From the NCBI GenBank assembly GCA_965205265.1, contig CBDBGH010000003.1, forward strand, positions 128,001 through 192,000: 64,000 bases of DNA, written 5' to 3'. Position numbers and translations under genes: made by a program. Below are positions 61,059 through 64,000 of this stretch, in pieces; within the stretch, counting starts at the first letter, position 1; each line of letters starts with the position of its first letter. This DNA comes from Alphaproteobacteria bacterium. GTDB lineage: Bacteria > Pseudomonadota > Alphaproteobacteria > Bin95. The notes below the pieces were generated by a model. The model was not told the DNA's origin. It searched no databases and was given only the letters and a program-made list of their open reading frames with translations.

Positions 61059-62074
61059 GCGGCGATCTGAGAGCCATCCTGGCGCGCGTGGCGGACGGCG
61101 CGCGGCTCGGCGAAGCGGAAGCGGAGGCGGCCTTCGAGATCCTGATGTCGGGCGACGCCACGCCCTCCCAGACGGGCGCTTTCCTGATGGCGCTCAGGGT
61201 GCGCGGCGAGACCATCGACGAGATCACCGGGGCGGCCCGGATCATGCGCGAGAAGGCGCTCCGCATCGAGGCGCCGGCCGACGCCATCGACACCGCCGGC
61301 ACGGGCGGCGACGACAAGGGCACGCTCAACATTTCCACCGCCGCCGCGCTGCTGCTGGCCGGCGCGGGCGTGCCGGTGGTCAAGCACGGCAACCGGGCGC
61401 TCTCGTCGCAAACCGGCGCCTCCGACGTGCTGGGCGCGCTCGGCGTCGATATCGACTGCGACATGGCGCTCGTCCCGAAGGCGCTGGAGGAGGCCGGCAT
61501 CTGCTTCCTCATGGCGCCCCGGCATCACGGCGCCATGCGCCACGTCGCCGGCACGCGGGTCGAGCTCGGCACGCGCACGATCTTCAACCTGCTGGGGCCG
61601 CTCTCCAATCCCGCAGGCGCGCGCCGCCAGCTTGTCGGCGTGTTCGCCGAGCGCTGGATCGAGCCGCTCGCCCATGTGCTCGGCAATCTCGGCGGCGAGC
61701 GCGCCTGGGTCGTCCACGGCTCGGACGGCATGGACGAGATCACGACCACGGGCGTCAGCTACGTGGCGGAGCTGAAGGGCGGGGCAGTCCGGCGTTTCGA
61801 GGTCGATCCGCGCGAAATCGGCCTGCCGCTTGCCCGGCCCGAGGACCTGCAGGGCGGCGACCCCGAATGCAATGCCGCCGCGATGCGGGCCTTGCTGGAC
61901 GGCGAGGCCGGGCCCTATCGTGACATCGTGGTGCTGAACACCGCCGCCGCCCTGGTGGTGGCGGAGCGCGCACGCACGCTGGCCGAAGGCAGGGTGCTGG
62001 CCGAGGAGGCCATAGACAGCGGCGCGGCGCGGGACCGTCTGGCGGCGCTGGTGCGCGTCACCAATAGCGGCTGA
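61055..62074 (+). CDS. trpD: Anthranilate phosphoribosyltransferase
   Basis: DTAGTGGD, NIST, KHGNR, RTIFNLLGPLSNP, DGMDEI. Confidence 0.96.
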   Translation: MSGDLRAILARVADGARLGEAEAEAAFEILMSGDATPSQTGAFLMALRVRGETIDEITGAARIMREKALRIEAPADAIDTAGTGGDDKGTLNISTAAALLLAGAGVPVVKHGNRALSSQTGASDVLGALGVDIDCDMALVPKALEEAGICFLMAPRHHGAMRHVAGTRVELGTRTIFNLLGPLSNPAGARRQLVGVFAERWIEPLAHVLGNLGGERAWVVHGSDGMDEITTTGVSYVAELKGGAVRRFEVDPREIGLPLARPEDLQGGDPECNAAAMRALLDGEAGPYRDIVVLNTAAALVVAERARTLAEGRVLAEEAIDSGAARDRLAALVRVTNSG

Positions 62075-62095
62075 GGCAGGAAGGCCGGAAAAGCC

Positions 62096-62893
62096 ATGTC
62101 GGACACTCTCGCCAGGATCGTCGCCGAAAAGCGCGGGCATGTGGCGCGGATGAAGCGCGAGCGGCCCCCTGCGTGGCTGGAAGCGGCCGACGGCGGCGCG
62201 CCGCGCGGCTTCGCAGCGGCGCTGGCGGGCGCGGACGGCTACGGCCTGATCGCGGAGATCAAGAAGGCCTCGCCCAGCAAGGGGTTGATCCGCGCCGATT
62301 TCGACCCGGCGGCGCTCGCGCGGGCCTATGTCGAAGGCGGCGCCGTCTGCCTCTCCGTGCTGACCGATACGCCGTATTTCCAGGGCGAGGACCGCTATCT
62401 GGCCGAGGCGCGGGCGGCGGTGCCGTTGCCGCTGCTGCGCAAGGATTTCATGGTGGACCCCTGGCAGGTGGCGGAGGCCCGTGCGCTCGGCGCGGACTGC
62501 ATCCTCATCATCCTCGCCGCGGTGGACGACGTTCTGGCGGCGGAGCTGGAGGCGGCGGCGTTCGCGCTCGGCATGGACGCGCTGGTCGAGGTCCATGACG
62601 AGGCGGAGCTTGAGCGCGCGCTGCGTCTCTCCTCGCCGCTCATCGGCATCAACAACCGCAACCTCAAGACCCTCGAAGTGGACCTCGCGACCGCCGAGCG
62701 GCTGGCGCCTTCCATCCCGGCCGACCGGATTGCCGTCGGCGAGAGCGGGCTTGCCGCCACCGCCGACCTAGAGCGGCTGGCGCGGGTCGGCGTCACCCGT
62801 TTCCTGGTGGGCGAGTCGCTGATGCGCGAGGCGGATGTGGCGGCCGCAACGCGCGCGCTCCTCGGCCTCGACCTGCTGCGGGAAGCGGGATGA
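62096..62893 (+). CDS. trpC: Indole-3-glycerol phosphate synthase
   Basis: [37 protein letters not shown]. Confidence 0.96.
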   Translation: MSDTLARIVAEKRGHVARMKRERPPAWLEAADGGAPRGFAAALAGADGYGLIAEIKKASPSKGLIRADFDPAALARAYVEGGAVCLSVLTDTPYFQGEDRYLAEARAAVPLPLLRKDFMVDPWQVAEARALGADCILIILAAVDDVLAAELEAAAFALGMDALVEVHDEAELERALRLSSPLIGINNRNLKTLEVDLATAERLAPSIPADRIAVGESGLAATADLERLARVGVTRFLVGESLMREADVAAATRALLGLDLLREAG

Positions 62894-63372
62894 GCGCGCG
62901 ACTCACCCATTTCGACGAGGAAGGCCGTGCGGCCATGGTGGACGTGTCCGCCAAGGACGAGACGGAGCGGGTCGCGGTCGCCGGCGGCCGGGTCGTCATG
63001 GCCCCGGAGACGCTGGCGCTGATCCGGGCGGGCGAAATCGGCAAGGGCGACGTGCTGGGCGTGGCGCGGCTCGCCGGCATCATGGCCGCCAAGCGCACGG
63101 CCGAGCTGATCCCGCTCTGCCACCCGCTGGCGCTGACCTCCGTCGCCGTGGACCTGGCCCCGGACCCGGAGGCGTCCGCCGTGGAGATCACCGCCACATG
63201 CCGGCTCAAGGGCCGGACCGGCGTCGAGATGGAGGCGCTGACCGCCGTCTCCGTGGCCGCGCTCACCGTTTATGACATGTGCAAGGCGGTGGACCGCGGC
63301 ATGAAGGTCGAGGCCGTCCGCCTGCTGCGCAAGGAAGGCGGAAAGTCCGGCGTCTGGACCGCGCGCCCGTGA
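62890..63372 (+). CDS. moaC: Cyclic pyranopterin monophosphate synthase
   Basis: [34 protein letters not shown]. Confidence 0.97.
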   Translation: MSARLTHFDEEGRAAMVDVSAKDETERVAVAGGRVVMAPETLALIRAGEIGKGDVLGVARLAGIMAAKRTAELIPLCHPLALTSVAVDLAPDPEASAVEITATCRLKGRTGVEMEALTAVSVAALTVYDMCKAVDRGMKVEAVRLLRKEGGKSGVWTARP

Positions 63373-64000
63373 TCCCGGTCGCAGACGCGATTGCGCGCAT
63401 TCTGGCAGGCGTGGGGCCGCTGCCGGCGGAGATGGTGCCGCTCGGCGACGGGCTCGGCCGCGTGCTGGCGGAGGACCTTGCATCTAGGCGCACCCAGCCG
63501 CCGGCGGCGGTCTCCGCCATGGACGGCTATGCCGTCCGCGCGGCGGATGTGGCGGGCGCGCCGGCGGCGCTTCGCATCGTGGCGGAGATCGCCGCCGGCG
63601 CCGCCTGGACCGGCTCTGTGGGCGCGCGCGAGGCGGCGCGCATCTTTACCGGCGCGCCTGTTCCCGAGGGGGCCGACGCCATCGTCATCCAGGAGGATTG
63701 CGAGCGTTCCGGAGACCGCGTGACGGTGCGCGAACCGGCGGCGGCGGGCGCCTATGTCCGCCCAGCGGGCCTCGACTTTGCCGAGGGCGACGTGCTGCTG
63801 CGCGCCGGCCGGCGGCTGACTTCGCGCGATATCGGGCTCGCTGCGGCGATGAACCGGCCCTGGCTGCCGGTGAGGCGGCGTCCGCGCGTGGCGCTGCTCG
63901 CGACCGGCGACGAGATCGCGCTTCCGGGAGAGCCGCTCGGGCCGCAGCAGATCGTGAGCTCAAGCGGGCCGGGGCTGGCGGCCCTGGTCGCGGAGGCGGG
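63369..64000 (+). CDS. moeA: Molybdopterin molybdotransferase MoeA (3' truncated by window)
   Basis: GTG start overlapping the moaC stop; [41 protein letters not shown]. Confidence 0.93.
   Translation, partial: MIPVADAIARILAGVGPLPAEMVPLGDGLGRVLAEDLASRRTQPPAAVSAMDGYAVRAADVAGAPAALRIVAEIAAGAAWTGSVGAREAARIFTGAPVPEGADAIVIQEDCERSGDRVTVREPAAAGAYVRPAGLDFAEGDVLLRAGRRLTSRDIGLAAAMNRPWLPVRRRPRVALLATGDEIALPGEPLGPQQIVSSSGPGLAALVAEA

Noticed and set aside
59560-62893. trpE missing from the trpGDC cluster
   Set aside because: Split trp operons are normal in Alphaproteobacteria; not evidence of loss.

Overview
High-GC alphaproteobacterial chromosomal window. The taxon is inferred from gene order (tldD divergent from coxB-coxA-cyoE-ctaG-coxC-surf1...thrC-M16 peptidase; yejABEF; glnD-murJ; yggT-folD; trpGDC-moaC-moeA) and from a GTTC-N7-GTTC LexA box. 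The first ~7 kb is an accessory/defence patch: an IS1634 end, a DNA methyltransferase-HNH fusion, a complete IS66 (8-bp target duplication CGCCATGC) inserted exactly at that gene's start codon, and a RosmerTA-like pair (hypothetical toxin plus XRE-ImmA/IrrE peptidase). The rest is housekeeping and transport/catabolic genes. These are interspersed with TA modules (one intact HicAB, several decayed), dispersed palindromic/MITE-like repeats, an ATP-grasp/alpha-E/transglutaminase operon and tRNA-Ala(CGC). Two structures remain unexplained. (i) A 1.2-kb cassette flanked by a duplication of the yejF 3' end carries two tandem units, each a ~140-nt conserved element followed by an RBS and a homologous 25-29 aa mini-ORF. 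(ii) A candidate LexA-controlled promoter precedes a stand-alone IS630-type HTH gene. All calls come from reading sequence motifs by eye; no database searches were run.
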